NCBI GenBank assembly: GCA_964527535.1
Contig: CAZGPW010000038.1
Coordinates: forward strand, 1-54,263
Length of the DNA: 54,263 nt
Direction: 5' to 3'
DNA from: an uncultured Bacteroidales bacterium
Lineage (GTDB): Bacteria; Bacteroidota; Bacteroidia; Bacteroidales; ML635J-15
The stretch's first letter is position 1; each line of letters starts with the position of its first letter. Below, in pieces: positions 9,150 through 17,749 of this stretch. Position numbers and translations under genes: made by a program. Below the pieces are notes generated by a model that saw only the letters and a list, made by a program, of their open reading frames with translations, had not been told where the DNA came from and made no database searches.

Positions 9150-9998
9150 ATGAACATCCTAACATTCGACATAGAAGACTGGTTTCATATTTTGGACAAC
9201 GCCAGCACCAAAACCAGCACAGAGTGGGATCAATACGAATCCCGCTTGCAGGAAAATATAGAGCGTATTTTTGCCATGTTGGAAAAAACAAACAGCAAAG
9301 CTACCTTTTTTGTGCTGGGCTGGATAGCAGAACAATATCCAAAAATCATAAAAGCCATTACAGAGAAGGGGTACGAAATTGGTTGTCACTCATCCATGCA
9401 CCAACTGGTGTACGAGCAAACACCATCAGCATTTGCTACTGACCTGGACCGCTCCTTAAAAACACTGGAGGATATTTCCGGTAAAAAAGTAAAATATTAC
9501 CGTGCCCCGGGTTTTTCCATACGTGAACAGGAAGCATGGGCATTTGAAAAACTCGCAGCAGCAGGAATAGAAGTGGATTGCTCCGTATTTCCTGCCCCAC
9601 GTGGCCACGGTGGTTTTCCTTCCTATGGGCAGGCAATCCCGTCTGTCATTGAGTACAACGGCATTAAAATGAAAGAACTGCCCATCAATTACATACGCAT
9701 TGCCGGGAAACCCGTCATTTATTCCGGAGGCGGCTATTTTCGCCTGTTTCCCTACCATCTGATCAACCGCTGGACAAGAAAACAGGATTATGTCATGTCA
9801 TACCTGCATCCCCGCGATTTTGACCCGGATCAGCCCATGATAAAAGATTTGCCGTCTTCCCGGAAATTCAAATCTTACGTTGGCTTAAAAACGGCCGAAC
9901 GCAAATTCCTGAAATGGACAAAAGATTTTCATTTCATGGACATCCAGGAAGCCAATGAAAAAATTAACTGGGAAAAAGTCCCGCATGTAAGACTATAA
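9150..9998 (+). CDS. Polysaccharide deacetylase (CE4, DUF3473/XrtA-system type)
   Basis: LTFDIEDW, ATFFVLGW, HSSMH, YRAPGFS, SGGGYFRL, YLHPRDFDP. Confidence 0.93.
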   Translation: MNILTFDIEDWFHILDNASTKTSTEWDQYESRLQENIERIFAMLEKTNSKATFFVLGWIAEQYPKIIKAITEKGYEIGCHSSMHQLVYEQTPSAFATDLDRSLKTLEDISGKKVKYYRAPGFSIREQEAWAFEKLAAAGIEVDCSVFPAPRGHGGFPSYGQAIPSVIEYNGIKMKELPINYIRIAGKPVIYSGGGYFRLFPYHLINRWTRKQDYVMSYLHPRDFDPDQPMIKDLPSSRKFKSYVGLKTAERKFLKWTKDFHFMDIQEANEKINWEKVPHVRL

Positions 9999-10001
9999 AG
10001 A

Positions 10002-10200
10002 CGGTGGCTTCGGATCCGGTGGCTTCGAGACATCACGACTTGGGTCGTGATCCTCAGCCACCTGTCTCTGTCGAAAAAGTTAATACAATCGAAAGGTGAC
10101 TGAGGAGAGCCGAGGAACGAGGATCGTCTCGAAGTCACCGGCTACAATTGAAAAGGTGACTGAGGGATTCGCCATCAGGCGAATTGTCTCGAAGTCACCG
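10002..10200. repeat. REP-like units with variable inner hairpins, left of AbiE
   Basis: GGTGGCTTCGAGAC-[hairpin]-CTCAGCCACC followed by two inverted units GGTGACTGAG-[variable]-GTCTCGAAGTCACC. Confidence 0.85.
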
Positions 10201-10258
10201 CATCCAACCCAAAATCAACATATTCTTTAAAACATTCACCGTAGTTTATAATAATGCC

Positions 10259-10266
10259 TATATTTG
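10259..10266 (+). promoter_or_regulatory. Bacteroidota -7 box TATATTTG upstream of abiEi
   Basis: Matches TAnnTTTG, 4 nt before ATG 10271. Confidence 0.45.
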
Positions 10267-10270
10267 TACC

Positions 10271-11029
10271 ATGAGTACGAAAGCTGAATCCAAATTAAAC
10301 CAATTGTTACAAAACATACCACCAGGTGTGGTATTGTTGTCTTCCTGGCTTGTAGAACAAGGATATTCGCATGACCTTCAGCAAAAGTACCTTTGCAGTA
10401 GATGGTTAACATCATTGGGCAGAGGTGCATACAAGCGTACCGGAGATGAAGCCGGAATTTTTGGAGGCCTTTATGCATTGCAGAAACAGGCAAAAAAGAA
10501 CATACACATCGGTGGGCCTTCGGCCTTGTACCTGCAGGGACATGCCCATTACATTGCCATGGAAAACCGGGCATTGACACTTTTTACCACACCCGGTTTG
10601 AAATTGCCATTATGGTTTTCCAGCCACTGGTCAAATGAATACACAATCCGGCGTACGTCCTTCCTTCCAGCCGGAGAAGCGCTAATTACGTATGATACCG
10701 GTAATTTCGAAATAAGCGTTTCATCCCTGGCTCGTGCTATGATGGAATGCCTGGAAATGGCTCCGGATCATTTTAACCTTGAAGAGGCATGGCTTATCAT
10801 GGAAAGCCTGAACACCTTACAACCCCGTCAGGTTCAACGCTTGCTTGAAAAATGCAAATCTGTAAAAACCAAACGGCTGTTTCTTTATTTTGCTGAGAAA
10901 GCCTCACATGCCTGGTTCAAACATCTAAATGTATCCGGAATAAACCTTGGTAAAGGCAAACGCAGTATTGTAAAAAACGGGACATTTGAACCAAGATACC
11001 AAATAACCTTGCCCGGGCAACTTGTATGA
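10271..11029 (+). CDS. abiEi: Type IV TA antitoxin, AbiEi family
   Basis: SKLNQLL..PPG, WLTSLGRGAY, HIGGPSAL, CKSVKTKRLFL, LGKGKR; start moved from TTG 10184 (inside repeat) to ATG 10271; overlaps toxin start. Confidence 0.88.
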   Translation: MSTKAESKLNQLLQNIPPGVVLLSSWLVEQGYSHDLQQKYLCSRWLTSLGRGAYKRTGDEAGIFGGLYALQKQAKKNIHIGGPSALYLQGHAHYIAMENRALTLFTTPGLKLPLWFSSHWSNEYTIRRTSFLPAGEALITYDTGNFEISVSSLARAMMECLEMAPDHFNLEEAWLIMESLNTLQPRQVQRLLEKCKSVKTKRLFLYFAEKASHAWFKHLNVSGINLGKGKRSIVKNGTFEPRYQITLPGQLV

Positions 11030-11940
11030 TTAAAACACAGTACAAACATCAGGTTGATTTGTTATTAAGAATTATTCCGGTGCTGAATGAGTTTTCTGAA
11101 TTTGCCATGCATGGAGGTACGGCTATCAATTTATTTTACCACGATATGCCACGTCTTTCTGTGGATATTGATTTGACATACATCCCTTTTAACAACAGGG
11201 AAACGGATTTACAAAACATTCGATTATTGCTGGAAGAAATTTCAGAAAAACTAAGAAAAACCATCCCGGGGATCCGGATAAATACGGGAATTACTGATTA
11301 TGAAGAAATGAAATTATTCTGCAGGCACAATAATTCCACAGTAAAAGTTGAAGTAAATACCATCAATCGTGGGATAATGGCCAATGTAAAACAACTCCCC
11401 CTTTGCGATGCTGCACAAAATGAGTTCAATCTTTTTTGTGAAATGAATATTGTTCCTGAATCTCAATTGTTTGGAGGTAAGATAGTAGCAGCATTAGACA
11501 GGCAACATCCACGCGACCTGTTTGATACCAAAAAGTTGTTGGATAGAACCAGTATAACACCGGAACTTATGAAAGGATTTTTATTTTGTCTTTTCAGCAG
11601 CAAACGCCCGTTTATTGAAATTCTGGAACCAAATAATTTGGACCAGAAAAATGCACTGATGAATCAATTTGCAGGCATGTCCGTCGAAGCATTTTCTTAT
11701 GAAATGTTTGAATACGAGCGCAAACGACTTATAGATTTGATTCATGATAATATGACAGGACAACAACAGCAGATGGTTATCAGCGTAGCGAAAGGGAAAC
11801 CGGATTGGCTTTATGAAGATTGGAGCAGGTATCCCGGTATAGCATGGAAATTAAAGAACCTGATGAAACTCAAAAAAGTAAACTCACAAAAGTTCAATGA
11901 ACAAATACATCAACTCGAATATAGTTTTCTTAATAAATAA
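11026..11940 (+). CDS. abiEii: Type IV TA toxin, nucleotidyltransferase AbiEii/AbiGii family
   Basis: HGGTAINL, RLSVDIDL, KVEVN, GKIVAALDRQHPRDLFD. Confidence 0.93.
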   Translation: MIKTQYKHQVDLLLRIIPVLNEFSEFAMHGGTAINLFYHDMPRLSVDIDLTYIPFNNRETDLQNIRLLLEEISEKLRKTIPGIRINTGITDYEEMKLFCRHNNSTVKVEVNTINRGIMANVKQLPLCDAAQNEFNLFCEMNIVPESQLFGGKIVAALDRQHPRDLFDTKKLLDRTSITPELMKGFLFCLFSSKRPFIEILEPNNLDQKNALMNQFAGMSVEAFSYEMFEYERKRLIDLIHDNMTGQQQQMVISVAKGKPDWLYEDWSRYPGIAWKLKNLMKLKKVNSQKFNEQIHQLEYSFLNK

Positions 11941-11959
11941 CTTTTTCTCTCTCCGGTTC

Positions 11960-12089
11960 CGGTGGCTTCGAGACATTTTTGCCTCACCGGCAGAAACCCT
12001 CAGCCACCTACCACTATCGAACAAGCGCATACAATCGAAAGGTGACTGAGGGATTCGCCGGCTGGCGAATCGTCTCGAAGTCACCGGCT
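11960..12089. repeat. REP-like units right of AbiE (same family as 10002-10200)
   Basis: CGGTGGCTTCGAGACA..CTCAGCCACC..ATACAATCGAAAGGTGACTGAG..GTCTCGAAGTCACCGGCT. Confidence 0.85.
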
Positions 12090-12135
12090 CAATCTCGAAA
12101 TCAACATAAATACCATCGAACAATAACGAAAAACT

Positions 12136-13221
12136 ATGAAACTCACCCTCATAGCGGGCGCACGCCCAAATTTCATGAAAATTGCACCGCTGATCCATGC
12201 CATACAGAAAAAGCAGGCAGCAGGCACAGCAATTGAGTACCGTCTGGTTCACACCGGGCAGCATTACGACAAGTACATGTCGGATGCCTTTTTTGAGCAA
12301 CTGGCCATTCCCAAACCGGATGTCAATCTGGGCGCAGGTGGCGGCACGCAGGCAGAGCAAACCGCCAACATCATGATGCGCTTTGAAAAAGAGTTGATGT
12401 CACATCCCAGCGATTTAGTCATTGTGGTAGGTGATGTTACCTCCACCATGGCATGTTCCATCACGGCTAAAAAGCTTTGCACTAAAGTGGCGCATATTGA
12501 AGGTGGCATCCGCTCCGGTGATTACAGCATGCCCGAGGAAATCAACCGCATTGTCACGGATTCCATCACGGATTATTTCTTCACTACCACTGGGCTTGCC
12601 AATGAAAACCTCAGGCACCTTGGTGTGAAAGAAGAACAAATTTTTCTGGTTGGCAACACCATGATAGACACCCTGTTGGCACAGGAATCGCATTTCAAAA
12701 AACCACCCGTTTGGGATGAGTTACAATTGTCGGAGAAGCAATATATTGTCATGACACTGCACCGTCCTGCCAACGTGGACGAAGAAGACAAGCTGCGGGA
12801 GATGATAGCTGAGATCATGAACAACAGCCGCAATTTACCGGTGATTTTTCCAGTGCATCCACGCACGGCCAAAATCATGAAAAACCTGGGCATCAGTCAC
12901 CAGCGTCTGTACATGGCAGAACCCATGGCTTACCTGGAATTCAACTATCTGGTAAAACACGCCAAAGCAGTGATCACCGATTCAGGCGGCATCACCGAGG
13001 AAACCACCGTGATGCATGTACCCTGCATGACCCTGCGCGACAACACCGAACGCCCGGAAACCATCAGCTTGGGCACCAACGAGTTGATAGGCACAGATCC
13101 CAAAGCCATTGCCCCGGCCATGGAAAAACTCTTTTCCGGCAACTGGAAAACCGGCACTATTCCCCCAAATTGGGACGGCCACACCGCAGAGCGTATTGTG
13201 GAAATATTGTTGGAGTTGTAA
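12136..13221 (+). CDS. wecB: UDP-N-acetylglucosamine 2-epimerase (non-hydrolysing)
   Basis: GARPNFMK, HTGQHYD, VVGDVTST, HIEGGIRS, PEEINR, TDSGG, RDNTERPE, WDG. Confidence 0.96.
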   Translation: MKLTLIAGARPNFMKIAPLIHAIQKKQAAGTAIEYRLVHTGQHYDKYMSDAFFEQLAIPKPDVNLGAGGGTQAEQTANIMMRFEKELMSHPSDLVIVVGDVTSTMACSITAKKLCTKVAHIEGGIRSGDYSMPEEINRIVTDSITDYFFTTTGLANENLRHLGVKEEQIFLVGNTMIDTLLAQESHFKKPPVWDELQLSEKQYIVMTLHRPANVDEEDKLREMIAEIMNNSRNLPVIFPVHPRTAKIMKNLGISHQRLYMAEPMAYLEFNYLVKHAKAVITDSGGITEETTVMHVPCMTLRDNTERPETISLGTNELIGTDPKAIAPAMEKLFSGNWKTGTIPPNWDGHTAERIVEILLEL

Positions 13222-13232
13222 CGCCAGGTTGC

Positions 13233-13262
13233 GTTCACTTCGGCAAGCCTGCCAAAGTGAAC
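13233..13262. repeat. Short hairpin after wecB
   Basis: GTTCACTTCGGCA-AGCC-TGCCAAAGTGAAC. Confidence 0.55.
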
Positions 13263-13280
13263 ACATACCGGTATCACAAC

Positions 13281-13313
13281 AAAAAAACGCCCGTTTTCAG
13301 GGCGTTTTTTTTT
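13281..13313. terminator. Bidirectional intrinsic terminator
   Basis: A7-CGCCC-loop-GGGCG-T9 between convergent genes. Confidence 0.88.
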
Positions 13314-13338
13314 GATAAAAATTTTAGTAAACTGTGCT

Positions 13339-14673
13339 TTAAACCTCCATGTCTTCCTCAATGAATTCAATGTTGTATTTTTCCAGTTCGTCAAGAATAG
13401 GGTTATACAATTCGGGGATGACAGGGGTATGTACGCCGGTGAGTTTTATTTCTCCAATGGCAAGCAGGCGAACGGCAATGGCAGCCGGGATACCCACTGT
13501 GATGGCCATAGCGGTTTCTGTCTGGTCTTTTCCAATGTATGCAAAACTTGATTTACGGCCTTTTTTCTCGCCGTTCTGTTCATACACAAACTTGTGCTGC
13601 ATCACGATCATATCTTTGTCGTTGCTGCCGAGTGCCAGTTTGCCCTCAAGAATCTTTTGCAGGATTTGTGCAGGTGTAGCATCTTGTATGTTGATTGGAG
13701 TGTCTTCGAAAATACCCAGCCACTTAAATTTTTGCATTACTTCCCCATCAGCATCCAGATGTAGCATAGAGCAAAGTTTCTCCTCTACGGATTTTTCCGG
13801 ATCATAAGGCAGGAATGAATTGATAAATTCCCTGTAAGAGGTGTTTTTATCGCCTTCGTAAACAATAGAATCATCTGTCAGTCCTAGCTGCACAAACACA
13901 TTCCATGCTTTGCAATACCCGGGGCGGCGGAACGTGCCTCTGAAAATGCTGGGTATGTCTTCCAGCCCGTATGTTTTCCGGTATGATAATGAATCCCTGT
14001 TGGGGTAAATTTCAAATTCTCCAAAATCAAGCACTTCGGTTTTTTCTGTTCGGGTAAACAACTGGTGGTAAGGGATGTATTTGTATTTGTTGTTTTTTAG
14101 GAAGCATGATGTTGCCTGGCCTGCCAGAACAACGTTGCGCGGGTTCCATGTGAATTTGTAATGCCACGGGTTGTCATCGTATTCGGGGGCTATCAATCCG
14201 CCTGTGCTTGAAGAAAATGCCAGCATCTTTCCACCCTCATTGCGGATATCGTCAATCACGCGCATGGCTGACATGTGGTCGATGCCCGGATCAACACCCA
14301 GCTCGTTGAGCATCACTATGCCTTTGTCTTTGGCTGCCTGGTCAAGTTCCTGCATCTCTTTTGATACGTAGGATGCTGTCACCATGTGTTTTCCGTGCTT
14401 TACACATGCCTTGGCGATCAGGGCATGAAAACGTGCCGGCAGGAACGATACGGCAATATCACACCCTTTGACTTCTTCATCAATTTGCTCATGGTTTTGA
14501 ACGTCAAACTTGATGGCTTCGCCGCGGGGGTGTCCGGCAATTTTTCCTTTTGTTTTTTCGGGGTGCCTGTTCCCGATGCGCAGTTGCCAGTCTTCTTTTT
14601 CAGCGTGTTCGAGCAGGTAATCGATCAGACTGGTGGCTGATAGCCCGGCTCCTAATACTAAAATGCGTTTCAT
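13339..14673 (-). CDS. Saccharopine dehydrogenase/reductase family protein
   Basis: ILVLGAG, MVTASYVS, ELGVDPGIDHMSA, YKFTWNPRNV, YPNRDS, TAMAITVGIP. Confidence 0.92.
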   Translation of the reverse strand: MKRILVLGAGLSATSLIDYLLEHAEKEDWQLRIGNRHPEKTKGKIAGHPRGEAIKFDVQNHEQIDEEVKGCDIAVSFLPARFHALIAKACVKHGKHMVTASYVSKEMQELDQAAKDKGIVMLNELGVDPGIDHMSAMRVIDDIRNEGGKMLAFSSSTGGLIAPEYDDNPWHYKFTWNPRNVVLAGQATSCFLKNNKYKYIPYHQLFTRTEKTEVLDFGEFEIYPNRDSLSYRKTYGLEDIPSIFRGTFRRPGYCKAWNVFVQLGLTDDSIVYEGDKNTSYREFINSFLPYDPEKSVEEKLCSMLHLDADGEVMQKFKWLGIFEDTPINIQDATPAQILQKILEGKLALGSNDKDMIVMQHKFVYEQNGEKKGRKSSFAYIGKDQTETAMAITVGIPAAIAVRLLAIGEIKLTGVHTPVIPELYNPILDELEKYNIEFIEEDMEV

Positions 14674-14866
14674 TGTATATGCGTTTTTATGTTTATTTTC
14701 TGCAGATAAAGAAAAACAAGTTTTTACATAAAAACAAGAATATTTATCATTCTTGACATGTTTTACACAAGGTGATAGTATCTTATCAATAATATTCGTG
14801 TAATTTTTGGAACTGCAAGCAATCCCGGGGTTAAGATTCCACGGTCAACCGTGATCAATTCATCTT

Positions 14867-15331
14867 TCAGGCCGTAGGATTGTCCCATTCCCCAAACCCT
14901 GGCAACTCATTTATAAAACTCATTTCACCGGCTTTATAATCAACATGACAGGCGTAATGTTTCAATCCGTTGCTGACAAACAAGTAAGGTACTTTAAACG
15001 CCACGTTATATCCCGCAATTTGCTGAAATACCTGCTGACTAATCTTAACCGAAGGGGCTTTGCACTCCAAAAGCATCACCGGATTGCCATTTTTATCATG
15101 CACCATGGCATCGTACCGCCTTTGTAAATCATTTACCCTGATTTCTTTCTCCAGGGCAATCAATCCGGGCGGAACGTTTTTATGCACAACAAGGTATTGC
15201 ATCAGGTTTTGACGCACCCATTCCTCAGGTGTACATACAAGCCACTTCCTGCGGATGGGATCAAAAATCATGGTTTTGTCACCACGATTTTCCAATCTGA
15301 AATCAAAATATGGTAAATTAAGTCTTTCCAT
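14867..15331 (-). CDS. Standalone HSDR_N_2 (type I restriction R N-terminal-like) protein
   Basis: LNLP, IFDPIRRKW..TPEEWVRQ, RYDA, LLECKAP, SNGLKH; no hsdM/hsdS nearby. Confidence 0.88.
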   Translation of the reverse strand: MERLNLPYFDFRLENRGDKTMIFDPIRRKWLVCTPEEWVRQNLMQYLVVHKNVPPGLIALEKEIRVNDLQRRYDAMVHDKNGNPVMLLECKAPSVKISQQVFQQIAGYNVAFKVPYLFVSNGLKHYACHVDYKAGEMSFINELPGFGEWDNPTA

Positions 15332-15335
15332 TTAT

Positions 15336-15353
15336 TACCTTTGCACAAATGTA
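15336..15353. promoter_or_regulatory. Overlapping face-to-face -7 boxes for the divergent genes
   Basis: TACCTTTG (+, 15336-43) CA CAAATGTA (TACATTTG on -, 15346-53) in a 35-bp gap. Confidence 0.6.
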
Positions 15354-15366
15354 AAAATTAATTGCG

Positions 15367-16137
15367 ATGAAAACGAAAGAAGAAATTGTTAAAAATTGGT
15401 TGCCACGTTATACCGGCATCCCCCTTTCTAATTTTGGAAATCATATATTGCTTACAAACTTTCAGCACTATGTAGATCTTTTTGCCAACTGGTTTAAAGT
15501 GCCTGTTACAGGTTTAGATACCAACATGCCAGGTGCCACAGCCGAAGGCATCACCATACTGAATTTTGGCATGGGCAGCCCGAATGCAGCCACCATTATG
15601 GATTTGCTTTCTGCCATTAACCCTAAAGCCGTTCTTTTCCTGGGAAAATGCGGCGGGTTAAAAAAGAAAAACGCGCTTGGTGACCTTATCCTGCCCATTG
15701 CAGCCATAAGGGGAGACGGGACTTCCGACGATTATTTACCACCCGAAGTGCCGGCTCTCCCCGCCTTTAGTTTGCAGAGAGCCCTCTCTTCCACCATCCG
15801 TGATTACCACCGAGATTACTGGACAGGCACAGTACAAACCACCAACCGCCGTGTCTGGGAATACGATGAAAGGTTTAAAAAATACCTCCGGAAAACCCGC
15901 GCCATGGCAATTGACATGGAAACTGCCACCATTTTTATCACCGGTTTTGCAAACGGCATCCCATCAGGGGCACTTCTGCTTGTGTCCGATCAACCCATGA
16001 TTTCCACGGGCATCAAGACCGGTAAAAGCGATAAATCAGTAACCGAAAAATACGTAGAAGACCATTTGAAAATTGGCATCGATTCAATGAAAGAGCTCAT
16101 TAACCAGGGGCGCTCAGTAAAACATTTGAAATTCTAA
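15367..16137 (+). CDS. amn: AMP nucleosidase (Bacteroidota short type)
   Basis: MKTKEEIVKNWLPRYTG, NFGMGSPNAA, LGKCGGL, AIRGDGTS, IDMETAT, VSD. Confidence 0.92.
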   Translation: MKTKEEIVKNWLPRYTGIPLSNFGNHILLTNFQHYVDLFANWFKVPVTGLDTNMPGATAEGITILNFGMGSPNAATIMDLLSAINPKAVLFLGKCGGLKKKNALGDLILPIAAIRGDGTSDDYLPPEVPALPAFSLQRALSSTIRDYHRDYWTGTVQTTNRRVWEYDERFKKYLRKTRAMAIDMETATIFITGFANGIPSGALLLVSDQPMISTGIKTGKSDKSVTEKYVEDHLKIGIDSMKELINQGRSVKHLKF

Positions 16138-16330
16138 ACCAAAACTTCCACCTCCCCCTACGGAGAAACCAGAACCAAAAAGGAATTCCTGTACCCGTAA
16201 GTAGGTAAGCGGCAGGCGGGCGGAGTAAGCTTGTCCGGCGAGGCAGAGCGGAGACGTATAATAAAAACGTTCCGCCGGGATTGATTGCCCTGGAAAAAAG
16301 AAGTTAATCTAAATCATTATGCTTTGTAAA

Positions 16331-16423
16331 ACCTATGTGAATTCCTATGTTTCCTATGTGCCTACTGTGGTTCCAACCTGATATGCTTCCAGATTTTTTG
16401 AACCACCGTAGGACACATAGGTT
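16331..16423. repeat. CCTATGTG-unit imperfect palindrome
   Basis: CCTATGT repeated 3x ending TGTGGTTC; mirrored by GAACCACCGTAGGACACATAGG. Confidence 0.65.
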
Positions 16424-16450
16424 AGAATAGAGTCTAAAATTTATGTATCC

Positions 16451-17257
16451 TCACTCAAAAGGCAAAATCAGCTTTTCTCTTCTATATGCCCTTATCATCA
16501 ACCATATGCCAACAAGCACAAACGGGATACTCAATATCTGTCCCATGCGGAGTGCAGCATCCCATCCATCGGTTTCCATTTGTACTTCCTTGGTAAATTC
16601 AATCACAAACCGGAATGCAAATACCGTTGTAAAAAACAATCCCGTGATCAGGCCTTCGCGTTTGCCCCAATCTTTTTTGAAATACAGAAAAACCATCACA
16701 GCAAAAAACAAAAAATAAAATATCGATTCATACAATTGCGTGGGATGACGCGGATTATCATCTATCCTTTCAAATATAAATGCCCAGGGTACCTGCGTTT
16801 GAATACCAACAATTTCATGGTTGATAAGGTTTCCTATGCGCACAAATGCCCCGGCAAGCATGGCAATAACAGCCAACCGGTCAATAAGATAAAGAAAACT
16901 GATTTTTTTTCGCTTACGCTGAAACAGCCATACCGCAATCAAAATGCCGGCAGCTCCACCATGACTGGCCAGCCCCCCTTTCCAGATTTTCAATATTTCC
17001 ACCGGGTTACTCAGGTAAAAATCCGGATTATAAAACAAACAATGCCCCAGGCGCAACCCAACAACCACGCCAATAATAACATAAATGGCAAGTTTATCCA
17101 CAAATTCCTGCTTCAGGCCATCACGTTTGACCATGTGGCTGTATAAAATATACCCGAGCAAAAATCCTGTGGCCAGCAAAATACCGTACCACCTGATGCC
17201 CCTTGCTCCCAGCTCAAAGGCTACAGGGTCAACATTCCATTCAATAAAAGCTATCAT
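16451..17257 (-). CDS. lgt: Prolipoprotein diacylglyceryl transferase
   Basis: IRWYG, RLGHCLFY, GGLASHGG, RIGNLINHEIVG, RHPTQLYE, RFVIEF, MGQILS; start reassigned to ATG 17257. Confidence 0.96.
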   Translation of the reverse strand: MIAFIEWNVDPVAFELGARGIRWYGILLATGFLLGYILYSHMVKRDGLKQEFVDKLAIYVIIGVVVGLRLGHCLFYNPDFYLSNPVEILKIWKGGLASHGGAAGILIAVWLFQRKRKKISFLYLIDRLAVIAMLAGAFVRIGNLINHEIVGIQTQVPWAFIFERIDDNPRHPTQLYESIFYFLFFAVMVFLYFKKDWGKREGLITGLFFTTVFAFRFVIEFTKEVQMETDGWDAALRMGQILSIPFVLVGIWLMIRAYRREKLILPFE

Positions 17258-17276
17258 AGTTTTAGATTTAAGTTTA

Positions 17277-17641
17277 GGTTCTACTGCAAATGTAGTACGA
17301 TTTTTTAAAAGCATTGGTAATAATGATGTAAAATAAATTGAATTCTTCGCAAAATTCTGCGCTTTGCGATACTTTGGTTCTACTCCAAATTAAGTGGAAT
17401 ACTTTATCAACTATAATCCATAAATACTTGTCAGGGCTAAAGCCCAATAGTATTTGTTTTATTAATAACCCCGACATGAATGCGGGGTTAATCGGCTTTT
17501 TTTGAATGCATTAGTGTGATAACTTTTATTCCATTATTAACCATGAGCTTCAGCTCGTGGTGGTAAGGATGTGAAAGATGAATTGGGCTTTAGCCCTGAC
17601 ATTTAATCATTACCATTACCCATTAAATTTGCAGTAGAACC
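17277..17641. mobile_element. MITE-like element with 15-bp terminal IR and nested REP-like palindrome
   Basis: GGTTCTACTGCAAAT (17277) / ATTTGCAGTAGAACC (17627-41); inner perfect 20-bp IR TGTCAGGGCTAAAGCCCAAT 17429-48 / 17582-601; no clean TSD. Confidence 0.6.
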
Positions 17642-17749
17642 GATACTTTAAATGCTTTAACGCAAAAGATTTACACTAAAAACTATTTGTTTTGCAATTC
17701 GACCTTCTCATTTCTTCACAATATTTACAGTAGCACCAGGTTTTATGAA

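Noticed and set aside
10002-12089. CRISPR array or classical integron
   Set aside because: Units are in mixed orientation with hairpin cores; no integron integrase or clear RYYYAAC/GTTRRRY ends seen
14867-15331. Type I restriction-modification system
   Set aside because: Only a standalone HSDR_N-like domain; no helicase, hsdM or hsdS
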